A DNA stretch of 64,000 bases from Candidatus Omnitrophota bacterium (GTDB lineage Bacteria; Omnitrophota; JACPQZ01). Position 1 is the stretch's first letter; each line of letters starts with the position of its first letter. The notes beneath the pieces were generated by a model, which had not been told where the DNA came from, did not search any database, and was given only the letters and a program-made list of their open reading frames with translations. A program made the position numbers and the translations under genes. The stretch covers positions 4,005-68,004 of the forward strand of contig JACPQZ010000038.1 of assembly GCA_016190205.1 (NCBI GenBank). Reading direction: 5' to 3'. Below, one piece after another: positions 47,196-56,000 of the stretch.

Positions 47196-47339
47196 ATGTT
47201 ACCTAAGAAGAAGGGGACGGGTAAGAAAGGGGAGAAAAAAGAGGCCCAGGAAAAGCCGAAGGAAGAGACTCGCTCGGAAGGCTGCTCTTCCTGGGACTGG
47301 GATAAAAAGTCGGAGGGAAAGAGCGGGGGCTGCCACTAA
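47196..47339 (+). CDS. Small K/E-rich ORF (47 aa) with two Cys and a WDWD motif
   Basis: AAGGAAGGGGGTGA RBS 6 nt upstream of the ATG. MLPKKKGTGKKGEKKEAQEKPKEETRSEGCSSWDWDKKSEGKSGGCH. Followed by a strong intrinsic terminator. Too short to be listed in the ORF track. Confidence 0.35.
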   Translation: MLPKKKGTGKKGEKKEAQEKPKEETRSEGCSSWDWDKKSEGKSGGCH

Positions 47340-47356
47340 AATTTGTATTAACATAA

Positions 47357-47397
47357 CAAAACGGGATGCTTGAATTCAGGCGTCCCGTTTTTATTTT
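47357..47397. terminator. Bidirectional rho-independent terminator
   Basis: AAAACGGGATGC-ttgaattcag-GCGTCCCGTTTTTATTTT: a 9-bp GC-rich stem with A-run and T-run on either side. Lies between the convergent small ORF (+) and the membrane-protein gene (-). Confidence 0.6.
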
Positions 47398-47402
47398 GAG
47401 GC

Positions 47403-47714
47403 CTATTTTTCATTTAGCGTAACGTCTATTCCCCCGAACAAAGACGCGAAGATATTATAGATGAGGGCCGAGAGGGCGGAGCCCAACCCGAGAATAAGCC
47501 CATACATGACGCCCGTAATGCCCCCCAGAAAGATGACCCGCGTGGCCTTTGCCGCCCCGGCAATGAATGGCAGATTGGCCAGCACGGCGGGGACCTCCAG
47601 CCTATTCGCCGACGCGAGGAAAATCCCGCCAATGACACCGAGTAAAATCCCTGTCCCTCCGTAAAAGCGAAACACAGAAATAGGATGAACGGTTTTCACT
47701 TCGACTTTTCTCAT
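47403..47714 (-). CDS. Small hypothetical membrane protein (Gly-rich TM helices)
   Basis: 103 aa with three predicted TM segments (GILLGVIGGIFLA..., IFLGGITGVMYGLILGLGSALSALIY). Confidence 0.35.
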   Translation of the reverse strand: MRKVEVKTVHPISVFRFYGGTGILLGVIGGIFLASANRLEVPAVLANLPFIAGAAKATRVIFLGGITGVMYGLILGLGSALSALIYNIFASLFGGIDVTLNEK

Positions 47715-47768
47715 GATCGGTCTCCACAGTTTGCGTATAGCATATCGCTTCTGCCGGTTAGCGTAAAC

Positions 47769-48209
47769 TCATTCCTCATACGGAAGAATCTTGACGACGC
47801 GTTGCTCCTGCCGTCCGCTCCTAAGAAACAGGGTTTCGTCAAAAGTGGCTGCTCCGTCTTGAATCTTAAGCAGCTTTAAGATGCTCCATTGGCGCGTCGT
47901 TCCCACATTACAGCTCTCCCCGGGCCTTAGCCAAATTTCATCCGGCTGACGGCCCTTCGGAAACTCCTTCAGCTCCCCGCCCGCTGTGAAATAATGCCCC
48001 TCATCTGTAACCCCACCCTCGGGCGATCTGGAATCCAACACGTAATCGCTGGACTTTAAATAAACCTTGTCGGGACCAACAATCTGCACCTTTTTAATTT
48101 CGAATAACCTTCCCTTGTTCGTCATCACCTGGTTATCCTCTCCTCGCAAAGGGCTTGAAAACGCGAAGCAGAACGCAAGTACGAGTACGCCCATCATGCC
48201 GCGGTTCAT
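47769..48209 (-). CDS. Hypothetical secreted protein
   Basis: Start chosen at MNRGMMGVLVLAFCFAFSSPLRGE (signal peptide). The longer upstream extension runs into a tRNA-like repeat. Confidence 0.35.
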   Translation of the reverse strand: MNRGMMGVLVLAFCFAFSSPLRGEDNQVMTNKGRLFEIKKVQIVGPDKVYLKSSDYVLDSRSPEGGVTDEGHYFTAGGELKEFPKGRQPDEIWLRPGESCNVGTTRQWSILKLLKIQDGAATFDETLFLRSGRQEQRVVKILPYEE

Positions 48210-48253
48210 GTTCGAGTCACCACCCTGCTTTATATAAAAATAACTTCGGAGAG

Positions 48254-48437
48254 GGGGAGATTCGGCGGTTTGGGCTCGCGATGTTGAATGCTCCTTTATA
48301 GCGCGTTTCCTATCGCTCGCCCAAACTCGGCCCCTCGCCGCGCCAAGGATGGTGGCGCTCCCTATCCGGTCGCGCCACATTATGTTGGGGGGCGCGGCTC
48401 ACTTTCGAATCCCCCCCTCTAAGAGCGAAAATAAATC
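48254..48437. repeat. tRNA-3'-end-like repeat unit 1 (about 185 bp), immediately 3' of tRNA-Ser(CGA)
   Basis: Begins CGGAGAGGGGGAGATTCG, identical to the 18-nt 3' end of the adjacent tRNA. Ends ...GGCTCACTTTCGAATCCCCCCCTCTAAGAGCGAAAATAAATC. Paralogous to 48811-48998. Confidence 0.5.
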
Positions 48438-48525
48438 CGGAGAGGGGGAGATTCGAACTCCCGAGGCCCAAAAAGGACCTAACGGTTTTCGAGACCGCCG
48501 CATTCGTCCGCTCTGCCACCTCTCC
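48438..48525 (-). tRNA. tRNA-Ser (anticodon CGA)
   Basis: Reverse complement GGAGAGGTGGCAGAGCGGACGAATGCGGCGGTCTCGAAAACCGTTAGGTCCTTTTTGGGCCTCGGGAGTTCGAATCTCCCCCTCTCCG. 7-bp acceptor, anticodon loop CTCGAAA, long variable arm, T-loop. Confidence 0.8.
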
Positions 48526-48540
48526 CTGATCCACCTTGTC

Positions 48541-48790
48541 GGTTATCGGCGTTCGGCGATCGGTTATCGCAAGCGGCTTTAAGTTTGCGATCACCGATAA
48601 CCGATTCACGATCACCGAATCAATTGCTCGCCCAAACTCGGCCACCTGCCGCTCGAACCCTTTTTCAGGAAAAGTTTTTTGAGCAATAGAACAATAGAGC
48701 AATAGAGCATTCGACTGCAATTGAGCTTTTAATCTATTGTTCTATTTTCTATTGCTCAATTGCTCTGCCAATTTTGCCCCAGTCTAACTC
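48541..48790. repeat. Iteron-like CGATAACC/GGTTATCG repeats plus an AT-rich long imperfect hairpin (GAGCAATAGAACAATAGAGCAATAG...CTATTGTTCTATTTTCTATTGCTC)
   Basis: Read directly. Lies upstream of tRNA-Ser(CGA) and downstream of unit 2. A third copy of the GCTCGCCCAAACTCGGCC segment is present. Confidence 0.35.
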
Positions 48791-48810
48791 AGGCAAAAAT
48801 GGCGGAGAGG

Positions 48811-48998
48811 GGGGGATTCGGCGCCCTTCGCTCGCCGAGGTTGACAGCTCGGCTTCTAACTTGTTTTTGAGCCGGCTCGCTGCGGGTCGGCCACTCGCGC
48901 CGGCCGTGGAAGGCGGTGCTTCCTATTCGGTCGCACCGCATATTTTGGGGGGCCGGCGCTCACTTTCGAATCCCCCCCTCTAAGAGCGAAAATAAATC
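48811..48998. repeat. tRNA-3'-end-like repeat unit 2 (about 188 bp), immediately 3' of tRNA-Ser(GCT)
   Basis: Begins CGGAGAGGGGGGGATTCGGCG (copy of the tRNA-Ser(GCT) 3' end). Ends with the same about 60 bp as unit 1. Confidence 0.5.
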
Positions 48999-49088
48999 CG
49001 GAGAGGGGGGGATTCGAACCCCCGTGGGAGGTGTTAGCCCCCCGGCGGTTTAGCAAACCGCTGCCGTAAGCCGCTTGGCTACCTCTCC
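48999..49088 (-). tRNA. tRNA-Ser (anticodon GCU)
   Basis: Reverse complement GGAGAGGTAGCCAAGCGGCTTACGGCAGCGGTTTGCTAAACCGCCGGGGGGCTAACACCTCCCACGGGGGTTCGAATCCCCCCCTCTCCG. Anticodon loop TTGCTAA and long variable arm. Confidence 0.8.
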
Positions 49089-49130
49089 ATGATGAAAATC
49101 TAAGAAAGAACGATGCTATACGCTAACAAA

Positions 49131-49217
49131 CGGAGGAGGTAGGATTCGAACCCACGGTGCCCCGAAGGGCACAACGGTTTTCAAGACCGCCGCATTCGTC
49201 CGCTCTGCCACTCCTCC
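49131..49217 (-). tRNA. tRNA-Ser (anticodon UGA)
   Basis: Reverse complement GGAGGAGTGGCAGAGCGGACGAATGCGGCGGTCTTGAAAACCGTTGTGCCCTTCGGGGCACCGTGGGTTCGAATCCTACCTCCTCCG. Anticodon loop CTTGAAA and long variable arm. Confidence 0.8.
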
Positions 49218-49928
49218 CTAGAAAAAAAGCTGTTTAAAGATCGACTGGTAGGCCTGACGTATCCTAAGTGCGGACTCCCAAACGTACGCTTTAAACTCAA
49301 GCTGCGGCACGGCAACTGACAGCACGCCTGCCAACATCACGATGTTCACCAGGGCAATCACGACCAAGGAAAAGAGCTGTCCTGTGCGAATGATATCGGG
49401 CTGGTCCATGCGGATGAATTTGACCGTCATCACGAGATGCATGGCCCACGTAAACCCAATGGCCGCAAGAAATGGTTTAACAAAATAGGCCGCATGACCC
49501 GTCATGCGCAGCACAAGAAACGCGACCATAAAGATGAGGGTATAAAACGGCACAAGATACGGCCCCAAGGAGATCAGGAAATTGGACTTGGAGAGGGTAG
49601 TCGTCCCCCCGGCGGCCGAGATCTCCACGCGGGACACCTTCGCTCGGAAGAGAAGCCCGAAAAAGGCGTGGGTAAGCTCGTGCCCCAGAACGTAAAACCA
49701 CGTGGGCTCCCAAACGAGTGTATGCAAGACAAAATAGCAAAACACCCCTCCGGCAAAATAGGCCCCGCCCCCGCTAAAAAACGGAGCCGACTCTACGCTC
49801 CTCCACAGGACCGCCCCCGCCACATAAGCGGCCGGGACAAAAAGGACTCCGATCAAAAACTTGCTGCCCTTTTCCAGAATGGCGATCATTTGAGGATGAG
49901 ATCCCCGCCGAGGTAAGGGGCAAGACAC
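49218..49928 (-). CDS. Membrane protein with an HExxH motif (putative zinc metallopeptidase, DUF3267-like)
   Basis: 236 aa with several TM helices and LGHELTHAFFGLLF. Its stop codon abuts the 5' end of tRNA-Ser(UGA). Confidence 0.4.
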   Translation of the reverse strand: MSCPLPRRGSHPQMIAILEKGSKFLIGVLFVPAAYVAGAVLWRSVESAPFFSGGGAYFAGGVFCYFVLHTLVWEPTWFYVLGHELTHAFFGLLFRAKVSRVEISAAGGTTTLSKSNFLISLGPYLVPFYTLIFMVAFLVLRMTGHAAYFVKPFLAAIGFTWAMHLVMTVKFIRMDQPDIIRTGQLFSLVVIALVNIVMLAGVLSVAVPQLEFKAYVWESALRIRQAYQSIFKQLFF

Positions 49929-51157
49929 TCCGGCAGGCGCACGGTTCCATTTTCCTCTTGTCCACTTTCGAGAAGTGCCGCAACGGTTCTGGCCAGGGCC
50001 ACCCCTGATCCGTTCAGCGTATGAACAAACTCGAGTCCCTTGCCGGTCTTAGGCCGATAACGAATGCCGATACGGCGCGCCTGGAAATCCTCAAAATTGC
50101 TGCAACTTGAAACCTCGAGCCACTTTTCCACCCCAGGCGCCCAGACCTCCAGGTCGTAGCACTTCGTTGAGGCAAAACTCAAGTCTCCGCGGCAGAGCTC
50201 CATCGTTCGAAAGGTTAGCCCAAGCGCCTTGAGCACCTCTTCGGCGTTCCCCACCAGCTTTTCCAGCTCTTCATACGAGGTCTCCGGCCGCACAAACTTC
50301 ACAAGCTCCACCTTGTCGAACTGATGCACCCTCAAGAGTCCTTTCGTGTCCTTCCCGTAGGATCCTGCCTCCCGCCTGAAGCAGGGGGTGTAGGCCGTGT
50401 AATAAATCGGAAGGGCGTCCTCACCTAACACTTCACCCTGCAGGAGATTGGTAACAGGTACCTCCGCCGTAGGGATCAGAAAGTAATCCTCGTCTCTTAA
50501 GCGGTACATATCCTCTTCCAGATTGGGGAGCTGACCTGTCCCCGTCATAGACTTTCGGTTGACCAGTGCGGGAGGCCATACCTCCACGTAGCCATGCTTG
50601 GAGGTGTGAAGGTCCAGCATAAAATTGACAAGCGCCCTCACCAAGCGGGCCCCTTTACCCATAAAAAGGGCAAACCCGCTTCCCGCAATTTTACTTGCCC
50701 TTTTAAAATCTAAAATTCCCAACTTCTCACCAATCTCTAAGTGAGTTTTGCACTTATAATTAAAGCGTTTCTCATTACCATGCTGACGCACCTTCTTATT
50801 GTGTGAACTATCAGACCCTTGTGGTGTAGAAATATGAGGGAAATTTGGGACCTTATATATCAAAACATCTAGTTTTTTATCTATATCCTCCACATCAGTC
50901 AGAACTGAAGAGGCGCTTTCTGATGTTTTACTCAACTCTTTTATCTTCGCACTAAAATCCTTGTTTTCTCTCTGCAAAACGCCGATTTCTTTATTGGCTA
51001 CGTTCTGCCTCGCGCGCAGGCTTTCCAGCTCAACCAAAAGCTCGCGCCTTCGCTCATCGAGCTTGAGCAGCTCATCGAGGTTAAACGAGTATCCTCTATC
51101 GCGCAATGCTTCCCGCACCCTTTGGGGATTTGACCGAATCATTTTTATATCGAGCAT
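49886..51157 (-). CDS. serS: Seryl-tRNA synthetase
   Basis: 423 aa with an N-terminal coiled-coil arm and class II motifs (FRREAGSYGKDTKGLLRVHQFDKVE; GSGVALARTVAALLE). Contains an internal AT-rich segment of about 300 bp (about 50700-51000). Confidence 0.9.
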   Translation of the reverse strand: MLDIKMIRSNPQRVREALRDRGYSFNLDELLKLDERRRELLVELESLRARQNVANKEIGVLQRENKDFSAKIKELSKTSESASSVLTDVEDIDKKLDVLIYKVPNFPHISTPQGSDSSHNKKVRQHGNEKRFNYKCKTHLEIGEKLGILDFKRASKIAGSGFALFMGKGARLVRALVNFMLDLHTSKHGYVEVWPPALVNRKSMTGTGQLPNLEEDMYRLRDEDYFLIPTAEVPVTNLLQGEVLGEDALPIYYTAYTPCFRREAGSYGKDTKGLLRVHQFDKVELVKFVRPETSYEELEKLVGNAEEVLKALGLTFRTMELCRGDLSFASTKCYDLEVWAPGVEKWLEVSSCSNFEDFQARRIGIRYRPKTGKGLEFVHTLNGSGVALARTVAALLESGQEENGTVRLPECLAPYLGGDLILK

Positions 51158-51160
51158 GGG

Positions 51161-52615
51161 TTACCCTTTAATGACTCCGAGCGGCTTTAAGCGCGCCACC
51201 GGCCGCGCAATCCCCGCCCTTTCAACGACTGAAACCACGCTATTGACATCCTTGTAAGCCTGCGGCTGTTCCTCATCCAGACCATGGCGATCCCGCGCCA
51301 TGGCAACTACACCAGCATCTTCGAGCTCGCGGGCGATGTCCCTCCCCTTCGAAGCTCGGATGGCGGCCTTCCTCGACATCTGCCTTCCCGCCCCGTGGCA
51401 GCAGGTACCGAAGGTCTCTTGCATAGCCTGCTCCGTGCCAACCAAGACATAGGAGGCCCGCCCCATGTCTCCAGGGATGATGACGGGTTGACCGACTGCG
51501 CGGTATTCCTCCGCAAGTTCAGGGTGCCCGGGGCCAAAGGCCCGGGTGGCCCCCTTACGGTGTATGCAGAGCTCTTTTTCCTTGCCGTTTACGCGATAGC
51601 GTTCGAACTTGGCGATATTATGCGCCACGTCGTAGACCAAATCCATACCCAAATCGCGCGGGCCCATTTTAAAAAAGCGCTCAAACGTGTGGCGCGCGAG
51701 GTGTAGTAGGCACTGGCGGTTGGCCCAGGCAAAGTTCGCGGCCGAGCGCATGGCGCCTAAATAACTCTGCCCCTCGCGCGAGTGGATGGGAACACAGCAC
51801 AGTTGCGGGTCCGGCATCTGGATCCCATATCTCCCCATTGCCGCGGTCATAACCCTCAAGGTATCCTCACACACCTGGTAGCCCAATCCTCGAGACCCCG
51901 AGTGAATCATGACCGTGACTTGGCCCTCATGCAAATGAAGTACTTGAGCTGCCTCTGGAAAGAATATCTTCTCGACCTTCTGCACCTCCAGAAAGTGGTT
52001 CCCGGAACCCAAGCTCCCCAGCTGGCGCTTGCCCCTTTCATACGCCCGCTCGCTCACCTCGTCGGGCCTGGCCTCCTCGAGACAGCCCTCGGCCTCCGTT
52101 GCCTTTAAATCCTCTGGACGCGCAAATCCTTTATCCAGCGCCCAGTGAGACCCTTCTTCCAAAACACCCCTAAGCTCACTCCGGCCGAGCTGAATCTCGC
52201 CCTTGACCCCCAGCCCCGTCGGGATCTCGTTAAAAAGTGTCGCGATGAGACTCTTAAGCCTCGGCCGCACCTTTTCTTCTTCCAAATTCGTCCGCACGAG
52301 CCGGACCCCGCAATTGATGTCGAAACCGATCCCGCCAGGTGTAACGACACCCCCCTCATCCGGGTCCGTGGCCGCCACCCCGCCGATGGGAAACCCATAA
52401 CCCCAGTGAATATCGGGCATGGCCAGGGAGTAGCGCACGATACCAGGTAGATGCGCCACATTTACCACCTGCTCGAGGGCCTTGTCCTTTCGGATTCCTT
52501 CCAAAAGTGTTTCATCCGCAAGAATAAGTCCCGGAACCCGCATGCCCGGATCAAACGACTTTGGGATACGCCAGCGGCAGTCGTCGATCTTTTCGAGAGG
52601 AATTCCCGAAGTCAT
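51161..52615 (-). CDS. rtcB: RNA ligase RtcB (3'-phosphate/5'-OH RNA repair/splicing ligase)
   Basis: Motifs GGIGFDINCGVRL, LGSGNHFLEVQ, HSGSRGLG, DVAHNIAKFE and CCHGAGR. The track ORF extends upstream across the archease gene; the ATG at 52615 (or 52630) is the likely start. Confidence 0.85.
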   Translation of the reverse strand: MTSGIPLEKIDDCRWRIPKSFDPGMRVPGLILADETLLEGIRKDKALEQVVNVAHLPGIVRYSLAMPDIHWGYGFPIGGVAATDPDEGGVVTPGGIGFDINCGVRLVRTNLEEEKVRPRLKSLIATLFNEIPTGLGVKGEIQLGRSELRGVLEEGSHWALDKGFARPEDLKATEAEGCLEEARPDEVSERAYERGKRQLGSLGSGNHFLEVQKVEKIFFPEAAQVLHLHEGQVTVMIHSGSRGLGYQVCEDTLRVMTAAMGRYGIQMPDPQLCCVPIHSREGQSYLGAMRSAANFAWANRQCLLHLARHTFERFFKMGPRDLGMDLVYDVAHNIAKFERYRVNGKEKELCIHRKGATRAFGPGHPELAEEYRAVGQPVIIPGDMGRASYVLVGTEQAMQETFGTCCHGAGRQMSRKAAIRASKGRDIARELEDAGVVAMARDRHGLDEEQPQAYKDVNSVVSVVERAGIARPVARLKPLGVIKG

Positions 52616-52622
52616 GGAGAGA

Positions 52623-53021
52623 CTAGACATCAAAAATGACCTCCGCGACCCATTTCCCCTTCTTCTCTTCGACCCGCAGCCCATGCCGGGTGACTGCCTT
52701 GACTTCCTTCTTGAGTACATGCGCCTTCTGATCCAGCCCTTCGCCCCCGACTTCTGCGACAAGACCTATGGAGCCCTTCCAGCGCACATTAAACTTTGAA
52801 AAAAGGCTCTCCCCAACTTCCGCGCGGTACAAAAGCTCGCTCAACCATTCAACGAAAAGCCCTTCGACGCTCGAGGATTTTAGCTCAAGGTGAAGAGCCT
52901 TCCTGGGTTTGACGCGCCTAAGATCCGTCATAAGAGAAAAAAGCCCCGCCGCGGCGTTTTCAAAAAGCTCTTCGCGGGAGGCGCCAAACACCCTTAAGGC
53001 CGCATCGGCCGTATGCTCAAT
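52623..53021 (-). CDS. Archease (RtcB activator)
   Basis: In-frame upstream translation ...[18 protein letters not shown]... gives the archease N-terminal EHTAD motif; C-terminal ...[11 protein letters not shown].... The track starts at a GTG at 52991, but the true start is probably nearer 53019 and is unresolved. Confidence 0.6.
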   Translation of the reverse strand: MEHTADAALRVFGASREELFENAAAGLFSLMTDLRRVKPRKALHLELKSSSVEGLFVEWLSELLYRAEVGESLFSKFNVRWKGSIGLVAEVGGEGLDQKAHVLKKEVKAVTRHGLRVEEKKGKWVAEVIFDV

Positions 53022-56000
53022 CGTTTCGTACCGCTTCGTTGCCCAAGGCCTCCGCCTGTTCTTCTCCCTCCTCCGGCTGGATCCGCGCCACCCCTGCCAC
53101 TTTATCCCCGGCCTTAAGCGAGATTAGTTTCACCCCCTGCGTCCCGCGCCCCATGACCCGGATATCGCGCACGGCAACCCGCACCACCATACCCTGCGAC
53201 GACATGATCATGAGCTCATCTTCATCCCGCACCATCTTGGCGTCTACCGCGTCTCCATTTTTGGCGCCGGTCAAGATGTTGCGAACCCCCTTGCCGCCGC
53301 GATTGGTCTTCCGGTAGTCCTCAAACTTGCTGCGTTTTCCCCGCCCCTTGGCCGTTACGGTAAGAAGTGTAGCGTGCTTCTGCGAAACGCACATGCCGAT
53401 CACCCGGTCTCCTTTGGCGAGGCGCACGCCTTTGACCCCGCGGGCGCCGCGCCCCATCGCCCGCACCTTCGCCTCGTCAAACCGGCACGCCTGACCCTTC
53501 GCCGTAGCAAGAAGAATCTCCTGCTTTCCATCTGTCTCGCTGGCCTCGATCAGCCGGTCTCCCTTATCCAGAGTGATGGCGATGATGCCGCCCCGGCGTG
53601 GATGACTAAAGTGGGAAAGGGAACACTTTTTGATGACCCCCTGCTCCGTCGCCAAGACCAGAAAGTGGTCCTCGGCAAACTCCTTGACGGGCATGTGGCT
53701 CGTGATCTGTTCGCCCTGGGCGAGCTCCAGGAGGTTTACGATCGCCTTCCCCTTGGCCTGCCGCGAGGCCTGCGGAATCTCAAACACCTTGACCCAGTGC
53801 ACACGGCCCTTATCCGTAAAAAAGAGCATGTAATCATGGGTGGAGGCCACGAAGAGATGCTCGACAAAATCCTCCTCCTTCATCTTTCCACCCGTCACCC
53901 CCTTGCCGCCGCGCCTCTGCTTGCGGTATACAGACACCGGCAGGCGCTTGACATAGCCGGCGTGACTCACCGTGATGACCACGTCCTCTTTGGCAATCAG
54001 GTCCTCGATCTCAAAATCCTCGGCCTGGGCCAGGATCTCGGTCCTGCGCTCATCGTTATACTTCTTCTTGATCTCCTCGGTTTCCTCCTGAATAAGCTTT
54101 AAGACCTTGGTGCGAGATTTTAAGATCGACTGGTAGAGCTCTATCCTTTTGATGACGTCCAGATACTCCTCCTCGATCTTGTGCCGCTCAAGCTGCGTGA
54201 TCCGCTGAAGCTGGAGTTCAAGGATCGCCTTCGCCTGTATCTCGGAAAGCTTGAAGTCCTTCATAAGGCCGGCCTTCGCCTCCTCGGGCCCCTTGGATCC
54301 CCGGATGAGCTTCACGATCTTGTCAATATTGGCCTGGGCAATCTTTAAACCCTCCAGGATATGCGCCCGCTGCTCCGCCTGGTCCAGAAGGAACCGTGTC
54401 CGGCGTGTGATCACCTCTTCGCGGTGTTTGATGAAGTACTCGATCATCTGCTTAAGCGACAAAACCCGAGGTCTGTTGTCCACCAGGGCCAGCATGATGA
54501 CGCCGAAGGTCTCCTGCATCTGCGTGTGCTTATAGAGCTGATTGAGGACCACCTGGGCATTGGCATCTCGCTTGATCTCGATCACGATACGCATCCCTTC
54601 CCGATCCGACTCGTCTCGGATATCGCTGATGCCCTCCAAGCGCTTACCGGTCACGAGATCCGCAATGGCACTGATCAAGGTCGCCTTATTCACCTGATAC
54701 GGGATTTCGGTCACGATAATAGCCTCCCGGTTGCCGCGAAGCTCTTCGATCGAGGCCCGGGCCCTGACCAAGACACGCCCCCGGCCCGTTTCATAGGCGC
54801 TCCGGATGCCGTCCCGCCCAAAAATGATCCCGCCCGTCGGAAAATCAGGACCTTTTACGGTCTTGAGAAGCTCCTTCGTACCGAGCTCTGGATTCGCGAT
54901 CACGGCCTGAATCCCTTCGCAGATCTCGCCCAGGTTGTGCGGCGGGATATTGGTGGCCATGCCTACGGCGATGCCATTTGAGCCGTTCACCAAAAGGTTG
55001 GGTATCCTCGCCGGAAGAACGGTCGGCTCTTGAAGGCTCTCATCGAAATTCGGCATGAAATCCACGGTCTTTTTGTCCAGGTCCTCCAAAAGCTCGTTTG
55101 TGATGCGGTCAAGCCGCGCCTCCGTGTACCGCATCGCTGCCGCCGCATCACCATCTACCGAATTGTGGACAAAAACTCCGGCATCGAGCAGGAAGTTGTG
55201 GTGCTCGTCAACCGTGATGTCGTAAACATCTGCTGTTTCCTCAACAGGCCGGACACTGATTATTCGGTGATTTCGACCTCCCGTGGCACCAGAAAGTTCT
55301 TCCGGGCTCTTAAAATAGGTTACCGCTATTCTATAATGCGGCACCCAAGCCCCAGGTCTATTCTCGTCGAATAACTCTTCTGTGACAGGCGCATCACCCA
55401 CGCGCTCCCTAAGCCGTGTCAAATATCTTTCTATTCTGGAGCGCATAACGCGCTTCCGGTACTCATCACTTTTCCATCGCTCCCTAAGACTCTTGGCTGC
55501 AAGCCGAGAGAGCCGCTCCATCATTTTAGAATCTTCCTGAATTCTTGCCCTGTTGCTTTTCTGTACCCCGGCCCTCTGGGCTTCTCGAAATTGAGCTTCC
55601 TGCCATTGTCTTGCGATTTTTTCACGGTGCTTCAAAACTGTGTCGGGAGCCGACCACAAGATCCTGGCCATGCGCCTATGGTGATCCGTCTTGTACTTAG
55701 CCCTATAAGAAGCATCCAACCACAATGCCTTGGAATTTTCAGATATCTTTTCCCTCACAAGAGGATTGCTCAACGCCTTCTGGATGGCCTCGCGAAGCAA
55801 TTCCCTCTTGCTGGGATCTCTCCACATGGCAAAATTTTTCTTCGAAACAATTGCAGAAACACGCCTTCTTGTTTCATCATCCAGCGGCTTCTTTGTCAAA
55901 CCTGTTAAAACGCGCGCCATCTTCTCCCGAAAAGAAGGCTCGCTCCACCGCAGCTTTGCGCCGCGGGCCATCCTCACACGAAACTCTGGATGCTCCTTAT

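Noticed and set aside
48395-48425. Plus-strand tRNA-like T-arm (GGCTCACTTTCGAATCCCCCCCTCT)
   Set aside because: No acceptor, D or anticodon arms can be formed on the plus strand. It is better explained as the inverted tRNA-3'-end fragment terminating the repeat unit.
48254-48998. Possible CRISPR array suggested by repeated GGAGAGGGGG...ATTCG segments
   Set aside because: The repeats are 3'-end copies of the adjacent tRNA-Ser genes within units of about 185 bp. There are no regularly spaced short spacers and no cas genes.
50690-51000. Intein or insertion inside serS suggested by the AT-rich block
   Set aside because: The protein aligns contiguously with canonical SerS through this region (FPHISTPQG...GILDFKRASKIAGSGF); there is no extra domain.
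52616-52762. Upstream extension of rtcB ([24 protein letters not shown]...)
   Set aside because: It overlaps the archease coding region and is R/K-rich with no similarity to RtcB N-termini.
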